A DNA stretch of 64,000 nt. Origin: an uncultured Nitrososphaerota archaeon (lineage in GTDB: Archaea > Thermoproteota > Nitrososphaeria > Nitrososphaerales > Gagatemarchaeaceae). The stretch spans positions 320,001-384,000 of the forward strand of contig CAVRAG010000007.1 of NCBI GenBank assembly GCA_963718895.1, given 5' to 3'. The position numbers and the translations under genes were made by a program. The notes below the pieces were generated by a model. It saw only the letters and a list, made by a program, of their open reading frames with translations. It did not search any database and had not been told where the DNA came from. Below, one piece after another: positions 41,240-52,520 of this stretch; position 1 is the first letter of the stretch, and every line of letters starts with the position of its first letter.

Positions 41240-41402
41240 GGAGCTTCATTGAACTTCGGAACCAGCGGTTCTCGAATCTGCCGCGGCCCTAGAGTTCTCT
41301 CGAACTGTCTGTCATCGGGTCGCAGTTTCCGGACAATCTAGGGGGCGGCCGTCCGGAGTATTTATACTCCTTATATAGGTGACCGATTCTCACGGGCGAC
41401 CA

Positions 41403-41960
41403 ATGCCTCAAACAAAGGCCATTGTGAGCATCGAGAACGTCGTCGCTTCTGCCTCGATCAACCAGACCGTCGACCTGAACCAGATCACCAAGAATTTCGT
41501 CGATGTGGAGTATCACCCCGACCAGTTCCCCGGCCTCGTCTTCAGGCTGAAGACGCCGAAGACGGCCACCCTGATATTCAGCTCGGGGAAGATGGTCTGC
41601 ACGGGCGCCAAGTCGGAGGAGCAGGCGAGGAAGGCGGTCCAGGAAGTGGTCCGACGCCTGAAGAAGGGGAGCATCCCGATAAAGAACGAGGCGGAGATTG
41701 AGATTCAGAACATCGTCGCGTCCGCCAACCTCGGAGGCAAGGTCCACCTGGAGGAGGCAGCGCGTCAGCTGCCAAAGTCGATGTACGAGCCGGAGCAGTT
41801 TCCGGGCCTGATCCACAGGATGGCAGACCCGAAGACGGTGATACTGCTCTTCGCGTCCGGGAAGCTGGTCTGCACCGGGGCGAAGCGCGAGAGCGAGGTC
41901 TACAGGGCCGTCAACAACCTGCACGTCCTCCTCGAAGAGAAAGAGCTGATGGTATATTAG
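41403..41960 (+). CDS. tbp: TATA-box binding protein
   Basis: IENVVAS...YHPDQFPGL...LIFSSGKMVCTGAKS, repeated twice. Confidence 0.98.
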   Translation: MPQTKAIVSIENVVASASINQTVDLNQITKNFVDVEYHPDQFPGLVFRLKTPKTATLIFSSGKMVCTGAKSEEQARKAVQEVVRRLKKGSIPIKNEAEIEIQNIVASANLGGKVHLEEAARQLPKSMYEPEQFPGLIHRMADPKTVILLFASGKLVCTGAKRESEVYRAVNNLHVLLEEKELMVY

Positions 41961-42583
41961 CGGCCGCTGACCTGGCTCCTTATCGCCTTCAACGCATCGT
42001 CCGAGATCTCGTCTCTGTCATGCAGGGTCCGGGCGAGTTCCTTGATGTCCGTAAGGGAACGAAGCGCCACGCCCGACTTTTTGAGATTCGCCTTTCCCCC
42101 CTCCAGCCGGTCGATGAGTACGGCGACGTTCTTCACTTCGCCTCCCTCGCCCCTCACGGCGTCGATGCCCGACTGCAGCGAGTGGCCTGTGGTGATGAGG
42201 TCGTCCATCACGAGGACCCTCCACCCCGGAGTGATGCTCCCCTCTATCCGCTTCATCTGCCCGTAGTCCTTCTCTTCCCTGCGGACGTAGATCATCGGCT
42301 TGTGAAGCTCGAGTGCTACCGGCGAGGAGAAGGTGAGGCCCGCGGTCGGGATCCCGGCGATAGCGTCGAACTTGTCCAGCCCCACCTCGTTCCTAAGGAG
42401 GGAGAGATAGCAGTCTATGACGTACCGATATGCCCCGGGGTAGCTCGGGACAGTCCTCAGGTCGACGTAGTAGGAACTGAGCTTGCCGCTCGAGAGGGTG
42501 AAGGTCCCTATCTGGAGCGCCCCGACCTTGACGAGGACCATAGCCAACTCCTCGACCATCTGCTTCCGACCCTTCCAGCTCAT
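41957..42583 (-). CDS. pyrE: Orotate phosphoribosyltransferase
   Basis: FTLSSGKLSSYYVDLR, VLVMDDLITTG. Confidence 0.95.
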   Translation of the reverse strand: MSWKGRKQMVEELAMVLVKVGALQIGTFTLSSGKLSSYYVDLRTVPSYPGAYRYVIDCYLSLLRNEVGLDKFDAIAGIPTAGLTFSSPVALELHKPMIYVRREEKDYGQMKRIEGSITPGWRVLVMDDLITTGHSLQSGIDAVRGEGGEVKNVAVLIDRLEGGKANLKKSGVALRSLTDIKELARTLHDRDEISDDALKAIRSQVSGR

Positions 42584-42695
42584 GACCGCGCGACGCCACC
42601 GGGCGGTAGAAATGTGTATCGAGCGAAGCCGGAGGGTCCGCCACCCGAGAAAAGGTTCATAGAAGGTGATGTGGAGGGAGCGGCAGGCATCGCTC

Positions 42696-43781
42696 TTGGA
42701 AATCTGGCTCCCGTACGGAGACGTCGAGTCTCTCCTGACCCTCCAGGCGGAGAACCTGGGAGAGCTCTCTGACCCGGTCCCCGAGAGCCATGCGGACGAG
42801 CTCGTCCAGATCCTCGCCGAGAGGATGAAGGGCTGCGACCGGCTGGTCGTCTGCGACAGCAAGCCAGCCACCCTGAAGGTCCTCAAGGCCTGGGCTCCGC
42901 AGCTCCCACAGGACGCGGCGATGAAGGTCTACGCCCGCTCGCCCAAGGGGCTGGAAGACGGGGTCGCCGAACTCAAGGGGCGCGTGCTGAAACTATCTCC
43001 GCCGCCCGTCCCAGCGGCCGGCGAGCCTACCTACTCGCCCGAGCTAGTGGGGGGGAAGAGCTTCATCCTCGCGACGGGAGAGCCGGACCCGCTCTTCGGC
43101 TATCTGGACGCCAGGGCGTCGCTGGGGCTGACATCCCTGGGAGGCGCGAGGAGGGCTGCTTACAATGCGAGAGGAGGCGACGCCCCAGCTTTCCTCGATG
43201 AGACCCCCGCCTACACCTTGCTGGCCTCACTGGTAGAGAGGCTGGAAGGGACGTCGTTCGGGACGATCGTCACGAAGGGAGGAGAACCCCTCTCGCTCCT
43301 CGAGGGCGGCCCCAAGGAGGCCAGGTCCCACTTCAACCCGCAGCAGGTCAACCCCGCAAAGGGAGTGGTCATAGGAGCCGGTGGACGAGGGTTCGACGAG
43401 ACCTTCTCTCACCTCCTGAGGCTCTCTCTGGCGGCGCTGAAGAGCGTCAGGCGAGGCGGTGACGTCCTCCTCGTCGGAGAGTGCCGGGACGGGCTGGGGT
43501 CGGACGCCCTCCAGATGCAGGCGATGGGCAGGATCAGCGAGTCGGCTGTCCGGAAGGGATTCTACGCCGACGGGATGGAGGAGATCGGATATCTGGATTC
43601 GTTGAAGGAGAACTACTCGGTCACGCTCCTCTCGTCGCTGCCTGAGTTGTACGCCAGCGGGAGGTTCAGGTTCAAGACAGCGAACAACTCAGCGGAGGCG
43701 CTTCAGAAGGTATTCAATTCGACGGGCCGGGGAGCAAAGCTCCACGTCTTCACCCGCGCATGTGAGACGCTGCTGGCCTAG
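42696..43781 (+). CDS. LarA (lactate racemase)-like protein, divergent
   Basis: EIWLPYGD N-terminus, VVIGAGG, VRRGGDVLLVGECRDGLGS. Confidence 0.6.
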   Translation: MEIWLPYGDVESLLTLQAENLGELSDPVPESHADELVQILAERMKGCDRLVVCDSKPATLKVLKAWAPQLPQDAAMKVYARSPKGLEDGVAELKGRVLKLSPPPVPAAGEPTYSPELVGGKSFILATGEPDPLFGYLDARASLGLTSLGGARRAAYNARGGDAPAFLDETPAYTLLASLVERLEGTSFGTIVTKGGEPLSLLEGGPKEARSHFNPQQVNPAKGVVIGAGGRGFDETFSHLLRLSLAALKSVRRGGDVLLVGECRDGLGSDALQMQAMGRISESAVRKGFYADGMEEIGYLDSLKENYSVTLLSSLPELYASGRFRFKTANNSAEALQKVFNSTGRGAKLHVFTRACETLLA

Positions 43782-44945
43782 AGCGGATAGGTGAGGAAGT
43801 TCTGGGGAACCGGCGCGCACAGGAGCATCAGCACCATCGCCCCTAGGAAGAGGAGCTTCCTCGAACTCGAGAGGCCCGACAGAGAGTCCAGCGTCTCGTT
43901 CGAGGGCTGGATCGCAGCCAGGAGGAAGATCATCAGGAAGACGACCCAGTAGTTCGGGACATCGATGGCGACGAGGACGAACCCGGTCGCCATCGTCGTG
44001 ATGCGGGATCCCACGGACGCCAAGGGCGAGCGTCGCCATCCTCCCTCCGTCGAAGAGGGCAGCGGGGAGCATGCTGAAGAAGCAGAGCAGGAGCCCGATC
44101 CACCCGGCCACCTCGAGCGGTGAGTACAGTGAGACTCCGCCGGCAGGGACAGAGGGTGAGAGGTTCAGGTACCCCGAGAGTGAGACCGCCGCCGACTGGA
44201 GTACCGATGGGTTCGTGCTGAGGGTGCCCAGGCTGCCGCTGCCGCCGAAGATCGCGGCGTACTGAGCCTGCGTCAGGGAGATCGCCGTCGTCGCTCCGAC
44301 CAGCGCCACGGCGAGCGCCACCGCCACTCCGGCTACCGGCGCGAAGAAGTAACAGTCGAAGAGCGCGTCCCTGTCGACCATGGGGGAGCGGACGAAGGTG
44401 ATCGCCCCGAAGGTCGGGAGGAAGTAGAGGACGGGGAGGGCTATGAAGAAGGGGATGTTGGGAAGGTAGTAGGGTATCGTCGAGACCCCGCCGCGCCGCC
44501 TCACGATGAACCTCTGGACGAGGTCCTTCACGACGAGCACCACGACCACGCCGACGACGAAGCTTGCCCCGATCAGGAGCGCGTTCCCGCCCTCGACCTG
44601 GGAGTAGATGTCACCCAGCAGCCACCCCGCCGCGATTATCGCGACGATCGAGAGCAGGGAGAGGAAGACCGGAGTCCTCGGCGACGCCGTCGCAGCTATC
44701 TCGCCCTTGACCAGAGTCAGAGAGGCATCGTCCTTCGTCCCGAAGAGCCGGGGCGTGAACCCGAGAGGCTTCACCCGGGGGTAGAGCGACTTGAAGGCGG
44801 CCTTCGATCGGTCTTCGTAGACGATGCTGTACTCCTTCGAGCCCTCGCCCCTGTCGAAGACGTCCTTCACCGTGAAGAGGGAGCGGACGATCGCCTCGGC
44901 CTCAGAGTCCTCCGACAAGTCGTTCGGGCGGTCGGCCAGAGGCAC
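43778..44945 (-). CDS. Site-2 protease (M50)-like membrane protein lacking HExxH (frameshift near 44010)
   Basis: PYYLP, TFGAI, RDALFD, APVAG, AGWIGL, MLPAALFDGGR, L(S)SSRK. Confidence 0.75.
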
Positions 44946-45061
44946 TTTAAGTCTTGGGTGGGGACGCGGCGAGGGCGGCCAGGACGCCGCCCTTCCGGAG
45001 CTCAGCAGCGGGAGGCATCCAGCAATTTATTAGTCCCCTCCTGACGGCTAAAACTCAGGGA

Positions 45062-45559
45062 ATGCAAGAGTCGGCCACGAGCAAAGCAAAGGACTACGCC
45101 GTCAGGCACTGCCGCCCAGAGGACGTTCCGAGCGTCATCAACGTTAACATGGCCACGCTCCCTGAGCACTACTCGGACTACTTCTACTACGACATACTGA
45201 AGGACTTCCCGAGCACATTCCTCCTGGCGGAGCAGGAGGGGAAGGTCGTCGGATACGTCATGTGCAGGTTAGAGTACGGCCTCTCGATGACCAAGAGGTT
45301 CGGGCTCGCAAAGAAGGGGCACATAATCTCGATAGCGGTCCTCGAGGAGAAGAGGGGCGCGGGGATCGGCACGACGCTCATCAAGGAGGCCCTCGAAGAG
45401 ATCCGAAAGGCCTCGGGCAAGGAGTGCTACCTCGAGGTCCGCACGACGAACACGGGGGCGATCGCCCTCTACGACAAGCTCGGGTTCAAGATAAGCAGCA
45501 CCCTCCACGGCTACTACAAGGACGGAGAGTCTGCTTACACGATGGCCACGCCGCTCTGA
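45062..45559 (+). CDS. N-terminal acetyltransferase (Ard1/RimI GNAT)
   Basis: LPEHYS, KGHIISIAV, RGAGIGT, YLEVRTTN, YYKDGESAY. Confidence 0.92.
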   Translation: MQESATSKAKDYAVRHCRPEDVPSVINVNMATLPEHYSDYFYYDILKDFPSTFLLAEQEGKVVGYVMCRLEYGLSMTKRFGLAKKGHIISIAVLEEKRGAGIGTTLIKEALEEIRKASGKECYLEVRTTNTGAIALYDKLGFKISSTLHGYYKDGESAYTMATPL

Positions 45560-45566
45560 TAGTGGC

Positions 45567-47221
45567 ATGGGCAGATTCGCTGACCTCGCCTCGACCCTCG
45601 AGAGCATCAGGGCGACGGCGGGCAAGAACGAGAAAGTCAGGATCCTCTCGGACTACCTCCGCGGGCTGGACGCCGACGACGCCGAGCGGGCCGCCCGCTT
45701 CTCGACTGGCAGAGCCTCGCAGAAGGGGAGCGCAGACGAGACGCAGATCGGCTACTCCACCATAACCGACGTGATCGAGGAGGTGACCGGGCTGTCCGCA
45801 AGGGAGTTGAGCCGCGTCTACGTGAAGCACGGGGACCTGGGGGAGGTCGCCGAGGAGATCATGACGAGGAGGAGTGAGACGACACTCTTCCAGGAGGAGC
45901 TCAGCCTGGCCGACGTCGCGGACTCCTTCGAGGCGATGACCCAGGCCAAAGGGAAGGGCTCGAACGCCCTGAAGAAGGGCTATCTCAAGGCGCTGCTCCT
46001 GAGGGCGAACGAGACGGAGGCAAAGTACATCGTCAAGATACTCACGAAGGAGATGCGGATAGGGCTCGTAGACGGGCTCGTGGAGGAGGCCGTGGCCAGG
46101 GCGTTCGAGCTCGACCGCGCCTCGGTAAGGGAGGCGCACCTTCTGCTGGGTGACATCGGGATGCTCGCGCGCCAGGCGCGCGCCGGGACCATCGGGGATG
46201 TGAGGCTGGAGCTGATGCGCCCGACGAACTTCATGCTGGCGGAGCCGATGGACAGTCCGGACGAGATCTCGTCCTACTTCGGAAAGGAGGTCTACGCGGA
46301 CTACAAGTACGACGGGGTGCGCGCCCAGCTCCACAAGAGGGGAGACGAGGTCAGGGTCTACTCGAGGAGGCTCGAAGAGATCACGGCGAGCTTCCCTGAG
46401 CTCGTGGAGGGCGCGAGGCGGATCGACCACGACCTGATGATCGACGGGGAGATCGTCCCGTTCAGGGATGGAAGACCGCTCTCCTTCCAGCTCCTCCAGC
46501 GCAGGCTCAGGAGGATAGAGGACTTCGAGGACGCCAGGAGCAGGGCGCCCGTGGTCTTCTTCTGCTTCGACATCCTCCTGCTCGACGGAGAGGAACTCTA
46601 CAGGAGGCCCCTCCGGGAGAGGAGGGAGTCCCTGGCGCGGGTCATCGAAGGGTCGCGCCTTCATCATGGCGGAGATGAAGCCGGTCACGGACGCGGGGCA
46701 GATCCAGAGGCTCTTCAGGAAGGCCCGCACCCTCGGGTACGAGGGCCTCGTCCTCAAGGACCCCGCGAGCCCGTACACACCCGGCAGGCGAGGGAAGTAC
46801 TGGGTGAAGCTGAAGGAGGAGCTGGACACCCTCGACGTGGTCATAGTGGGAGCAGAGCTCGGGCACGGCAAGCGGGCAGGGATAATCTCGGACTACACCT
46901 TCGCCATCAGGGACGGGCCGGACCTCAAGGTCATCGGGAAGGCGTACTCGGGACTTACGGACAAGGAGATAGCGGAGATGATGGTGAAGATCAAGAGACC
47001 TCACGACCGAGGACGACGGATACTTCAGGAGAGTGAGGCCCGAACTCGTGTTAGAGGTCGCTTTCGACAGCATCCAGAGGAGCGACAGGCACGACAGCGG
47101 ATTCGCCCTCAGGTTCCCCAGGATCAAGAGGATACGAGACGACAAGGACGCAGGGCAGATCGACACCATCGAGAAGGTCAGGGAGATCTACGCCTCTCAA
47201 AAGGTAACGTCGGAGCTGTAG
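45567..47221 (+). CDS. lig: ATP-dependent DNA ligase (frameshifts near 46660 and 47000)
   Basis: KYDGVRAQ, IDGEIV, FDIL, EGLVLK, WVKLK, LRFPRIKRIRDDK. Confidence 0.96.
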
Positions 47222-48709
47222 AAACGGCGCAGCTCCTCTGAGAGGGTCTGGTAGTCTGCGACGCCTCTCCCGACCATAGTCTCCAAGAACCGGGTCCTCC
47301 TCTCCATCTCGGCTGAGATCTTCTTCGCAGAATAGCCGTACCCCGAGGCCCGCTTCTCGAGCTTCACCGACTGCTCCGCTGACCCGTCCCAGCTCCCGCC
47401 TCTGTAGCCGAAGAGGGCGTTCCATCCCCGTCCGGGTTCGACGACCTCCTGGATGTGCCTCAGCCCCGACGGGTCCCTCACCATGAAGACCACCGCGTCG
47501 ATGAGGTCCAGCGAAGAGGCCGTGACCGAGAGCGGGGGCTGGGTCAGCCTCGCGATGATCCCCTCGGAGTTCTGAGCGTGGAAGGTGGTCAGGCAGCCCG
47601 ACCCCGTCGCTGCGGCCTGGAAGAGGACCTGCACCTCCTCTCCCCTCGACTCGCCGAGGATGACAAAGTCGGGCCGCTCCCTCAGGCTGAGCTTCACCAG
47701 GTCGAACAGGGTGACGCTGGAGCCCGCCGACTGGGTCTGTTTCGTGTGGAGCGGCTTCCACCCGGACTGCGGCAGGCTGATCTCCCTGGTGTCCTCGATC
47801 GAGAGCACCTTCCAGTTGGGATTGATCACGGTGCCCAGGGCGTTGAGCAGCGTGGTCTTGCCGGACGCCGTGACGCCGGCGACCACCACGAAGCCCTTCA
47901 TCTCGATCAGCATCCACAGGTACGCCGCTAGCTTCGCGTCGAGCGTCCCAGCTCGAATCAGTTCTGAGATCGTGTAGGGAATCGTCCTGAGCTTGCGGAT
48001 GCTGAAGCTGCTCCCGAGGCTGGTGACCTCCTTCCCCCATGTCGCGGCGAGCCTGTAACCCTCGGGTAGGACGCAGTCGACTATGGGAGACGAGATCGAG
48101 AGGGAGCGGTTCGACCTGTGGACCAGCCTCGAGACCACGGCGTCGAGCTCCTCCTGCTGGGGGAAGGCCACGTTCGTCTCAAGCCAGCCATGGGAGTTGA
48201 ACTTGCGGTGCCAGATCTTCACCGGCCTGCCGGCGCCTTCGCACGAAATGTCCTCTATCTCGCCGTCGCGGATCAGCGGGTCGATCGTCGAGTAGCCGAG
48301 TATGTCTCTCATCAGGTAGTGCGTCGCCGCGCTTGAGGTCGTCGTCGGTGACACCAGAGTCCAGGTATCCTCCGCGCTTGAGCTCGGCGAAGAGGTAGCC
48401 TAGGGGGTCGACAGAGATGACGGGCGACGGGGCCAGCCAGGACGTGAGCGAATCGATTGCTCCCGCCACGGCCGCGCTCAGGTCGGGGGAGAGGTACGGC
48501 TCCTTAACCAGATAGAGGAACCTTCCGTCGAGCTCGTAGATGTACACGGTGTAGCTCGACCTGTAGGTGACGGCATCCCCTGCCCTCAGCTCGTAGCTGA
48601 CGAGATAGTTCTCTGCCATGATACCTCCTCGAGGAGGCTCGAAGGGTATCGTCTCGAGCGCCACCGCAGTCGTCCGGGGTCGGGGCCTCCTGAGGCTACG
48701 CCCGATCAT
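47197..48709 (-). CDS. Type IV pilus / secretion ATPase, ArlI/TadA-like (frameshift near 48330)
   Basis: IEDISC, GVTASGKTT, SIEDTREI, RERPDFVILGESRGEE, TTFHA. Confidence 0.92.
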
Positions 48710-48713
48710 AGAC

Positions 48714-49118
48714 CTATAGCGTGAGATCGACCGTTCTAGTTCCAAATGCGATGGTCACCGAGCCGTGGGTCCGGGGTTGCAACACTAGGTCGCAGATTCC
48801 CTTTGGCTGCAGCGCCGAGCAGGTGGATGTCCAGCCACCGGTCTGCCCGCCGTCCAGGTACACTGCAGAGAGGTGGGCGGTGGTCCACCCGTAGTTGAAG
48901 AGCCAGACGTAGGTCCCCGAGGAGTTGTCCTGAGTCGAGACCACGGACAGGAGGACCCCGTCAGCCGAGGCCGCGTTCTGGGACCCCGCGAGTAGGACGC
49001 CGTTGGCGCTCCTGAGCGACCCGAGGGAGATCACCCCCACCGCGCCCAGCACGGCGATCGTGATGGCCAGCATCGAGACCGAGGAGACGACCTCGCTGAC
49101 GCCCCGAGACCTACGCAA
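48714..49118 (-). CDS. Minor type IV pilin
   Basis: Class III signal RRSRG/VSEVV followed by a hydrophobic helix. Confidence 0.8.
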   Translation of the reverse strand: MRRSRGVSEVVSSVSMLAITIAVLGAVGVISLGSLRSANGVLLAGSQNAASADGVLLSVVSTQDNSSGTYVWLFNYGWTTAHLSAVYLDGGQTGGWTSTCSALQPKGICDLVLQPRTHGSVTIAFGTRTVDLTL

Positions 49119-49731
49119 GGCGGTCGAGCCCCCCGTCGAAGACAAGGACGAGCGAGTGCCTGGATCCGTCTGTGGGGATGCAGAGCTCGAAACTGCTTGA
49201 CGGGCTCGAGCCAATGAACGGGACCGCGCTCACGTCCCCGCCCGGGAACGATAGACCCGAGCCGTCCGGAGCGATGACCTGGCATGAGGACGCATCCGAG
49301 AACATGACCTCGTGCCACCCGGGTGCGACACCGAGAGAAGCTGTCCATCGCCCGTCGATCCAGACCCTCCCATTCCCCGAAGCCCGCAGGATGCCAGACG
49401 AAGCCGTGAAGACGGAGAAGAACGTGGTCGCACCGGGGAGGCATAGCCGCTGCGTGGTCCCGTAGACCGTCCCGTTGAAGTAGAGGATCCCGGCTTGGGA
49501 GCTCGAGTCGTCGGCCTCGAGGGCCTGAAGGGACGTTGCCGTCGAGGCGTTGACCTGGACCTGCTCCATCTCAGGAGTACCGCCGAGAATCAGCGCTTGG
49601 TTGGAGAAGACCTCCTGCTTCGGAGGTGCGAGCCTGCTCACACCCTCGTAGACGACATAGGTGAGGGACAAGCTGATCGCGACCAAGATCAGGGATGCGA
49701 CGAACCCGCTGACTCCTCTAGAGCGCCTCAT
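49111..49731 (-). CDS. Minor type IV pilin with larger globular domain
   Basis: MRRSRG/VSGFVASLILVAISL. Confidence 0.8.
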   Translation of the reverse strand: MRRSRGVSGFVASLILVAISLSLTYVVYEGVSRLAPPKQEVFSNQALILGGTPEMEQVQVNASTATSLQALEADDSSSQAGILYFNGTVYGTTQRLCLPGATTFFSVFTASSGILRASGNGRVWIDGRWTASLGVAPGWHEVMFSDASSCQVIAPDGSGLSFPGGDVSAVPFIGSSPSSSFELCIPTDGSRHSLVLVFDGGLDRLA

Positions 49732-50162
49732 GCCTGTACGTTGAACGCCCGCGCCAGCTGGTCCCCTACGACGGTCACCGTGAAGGTGTTGAAGGTCGGG
49801 ATCACGAAGTTGGTCGTCATCTGGGCGGTCAGGATATCCCCGGGTTGGAGCATCGTCCCCCCGGACGGCGATGAGACCACCGTAACGTTCGACGCGCTGA
49901 ACTTGAAACTGTTGTGGTCGGGACCGTAGCTTACCTCGAAGGCTGAGATGGCAAGCGGGGTGTTGCCGTCGTTCTTGATGCTCATGATTATGCTCTCGCC
50001 GTTGGGGGCCACGTTGATGTCGGTCAGGTCCATGGACGGGTTTTTCACCTGGGAAACGATGATGTTCCTGAACTGCGTGTAGAGAAGTCCTCCGATCATC
50101 AGAGTTATTACGACCAAGATGATCGTCGCCAGAAAAGGGCTTATGCCCTTGCGCATCTTCAT
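49728..50162 (-). CDS. Type IV pilin, probable major subunit
   Basis: MRKG/ISPFLATIILVVIT, IKNDG, LQPG; own TTAAATA box near 50183-50190. Confidence 0.88.
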   Translation of the reverse strand: MKMRKGISPFLATIILVVITLMIGGLLYTQFRNIIVSQVKNPSMDLTDINVAPNGESIIMSIKNDGNTPLAISAFEVSYGPDHNSFKFSASNVTVVSSPSGGTMLQPGDILTAQMTTNFVIPTFNTFTVTVVGDQLARAFNVQA

Positions 50163-50201
50163 GCACTTGTAGTTCGGGAGGATATTTAATCGCCAAGGAA
50201 A

Positions 50202-51812
50202 TCAAAGGACCCCGAAGACCAGTAGGGAGATTAGCGTCGAGACCAGCAACAGCGGGACCGCCAGCGCGTGCCGCGAGGTCTGGGTGAACAGCTTCGAGAG
50301 GAGGAGACCGGTCAGGAGGGAGACCGCTGAGATCGAGACGAGTATGTAGCTCTCGGAGACCTTGGTGAAGGTGGGGAGAAACGGTATACCGCCCTGGTTG
50401 AAGCTGCTCAGGAACGACATGGAGGAGATCGATATCGCCGGGACGATCACCCCTATCATCACGAACGGGAGAAGGGAGCGCGAAGCATTTCTTCGTGCGT
50501 CCGATAAGCGCCTGAAGAAGGTGGACAGGCGCTCCAGCTGCTCGAACCCGGCTCCGGTCGCGAACGCTATGGCGAGCATCCCGAAAGAGAGCCGGACCAG
50601 CCAGGACGGGTGGGAGACAGTCTTCTGGGCCTCCTCGGGGCTCGCGCCGAGCATGATGGACCGTTGAAACGCCGTGAGGGGCTGCCCTATCGAGACGAAG
50701 TCAGACCCGGCAACCGAGACCTTCGTCAGCGCCTCCGGCAGGCTGACGCCCGCCTTGCTCTCCTCGGCGAGGTCGTGAAGGAGCAGACTCACCTCCTCCT
50801 CCCCCCGCCTTATCTTCGCGTAGACCCCCCTGGTCCGCATGAACCCCGCAACCGAGACCAGGAGTGGTATCAGCAGCGACACAGCGATGGGAATGACGCC
50901 GACCAGGAAGAGATAGGTGGCGACCGACCACGAAGCCACGATGAGACAGGACCGACCAGATTCCGGGAGTCGAGTTTCGCAGGACGGGCTGTGCAGCGTC
51001 CATTAGGGCCAGGAGGACGACTGAGAAGATGGTAAGGAGCCCTAGGGAGAGCAAGAGGATCTGGGAGGATGCGGCGCCCGGCACCGCGGCCGCGATCATG
51101 TCGAGGCCCACGGGGAAGAGCGCAAGGACCATCAGTGAGACCTCGGCGAGCGATCCGACCGACTCTGAGAACCCCTTCCACCTCGCTTCGAGGAGCCCCA
51201 CCTGCCGCGAGGCCTCCTCTTCGACGTACTCCGTGATGCTCTTGCCTGTGGTCAGAGTCGTCATGAAACTGTGCGACGAACTCACGGAGCTTCCCGCTGG
51301 GGTTGATGCTGAGGGCGGCCTCGACTATCGAGTTGGGCGAACCAGGCGAGAAGGTAATGTCGCGCTCGAGTATCGCCTGCTCCTTGCGGAGTTCCGGGAA
51401 GACGCCGTCGCCGAGGGCCGCGAGTCTTCCTGAGTCCGTCATCTATGGTCGGGGAGTAGGCCCTCGAGAAGATCGAGAGGGCGATAAGGAAGAAGGGGAG
51501 CTCAGCCTCGACCGCCCTCCGCCGTCCGTAGGACAAGAATCTGGGGAGGAGGACCGGCACGATTTGGACGAGGGCGAGGCCCGAGATGACGAGGATGGCC
51601 TGCGGCTGCGGCAGGAGGAGTGCAAGCACCTCACCTATTGCAGGGTAGACCAGGAGCGAGAGCGAGAACCGGGAGTACAGCCTAGGAGAGAGATACAGGC
51701 GCGCCGAGGCGAGCGGCCCCGAGAACCTTCCCTGCAACGAATCCGCCACGTCGGTCAGAGGGCATAGCGAAGCGATCCTCCTGACGAGCGCCTCGAAGTT
51801 GGGGCTAGACAC
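50202..51812 (-). CDS. Pilus platform membrane protein, TadC/ArlJ/T2SSF (frameshifts)
   Basis: RRRAVEAELPFFL, PSGKLREF, GVSLPEAL, two TM clusters. Confidence 0.82.
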
Positions 51813-51864
51813 TCCCCTAGAATTGGTGTTTGCTTATAAGGAGCTCCAGAATGAACCTGCGAGT

Positions 51865-52471
51865 TTGTTCCTGCAGATACTGATGGCGATATCCTTCCTG
51901 ATTGCAGGGTATCAGGACGTGCGGGAGAGGCTCGTCTCAGACCTGGTCTGGATACCGGCCATCGTCGGCGTCGCGCTCGCTCTCTACTTCGCCCCCTCGC
52001 AGGACCTCCTGCTGCTGGTCAGGATCGGCATCATAGGGGGTATTGCGCTTGTGGTGGCCAGGTATGGCCTCGTCGGGGAGGCCGACGGGATCGCGTTCGT
52101 GCTCGTGATAGCGGACCCGACGCCCCTTGCGCCGCTGCCAGTACTCTTCGCGGTCGCCGCGGTCGCACTCTCGCACATCGGCTACCTCTTCGCGACCGGG
52201 ATGACGGGGAAGGAGAAGGTAATCAGCATCTCGCAGTTCAGGAGGGAGGCGAGGTGGATCCCGAAGGCGGTGATAGTCGGCGACGGAGAAGACCGCCGTA
52301 GACAGCAACGTGAACATCTCGCGCGAAGACGTCGACAAGGTCACCGACGACTCGGCGACAGTCGAGGTCCAGTACGGGGTGCCCACCGTAGCGTACATAG
52401 CGGCCGGGTACATGATCTATCTCGTCTATCTGGCCATCTTCCAGAGCGGAGTGCTCCTCAGCCTGCCGTAG
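51865..52471 (+). CDS. Prepilin peptidase, A24 / PibD-like (frameshift near 52290)
   Basis: YQDVRERLVSD and GEADG aspartate motifs; C-terminal VQYGVPTVAYI. Confidence 0.82.
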
Positions 52472-52520
52472 AGGCAAAGCTGATTCGTCGCCGTGCCAGG
52501 GGAGGAGCGGTGATGACAGT

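Noticed and set aside
48714-50162. Archaellum locus
   Set aside because: The subunits are short pilin-type proteins and no arlF, arlG or arlH is present.
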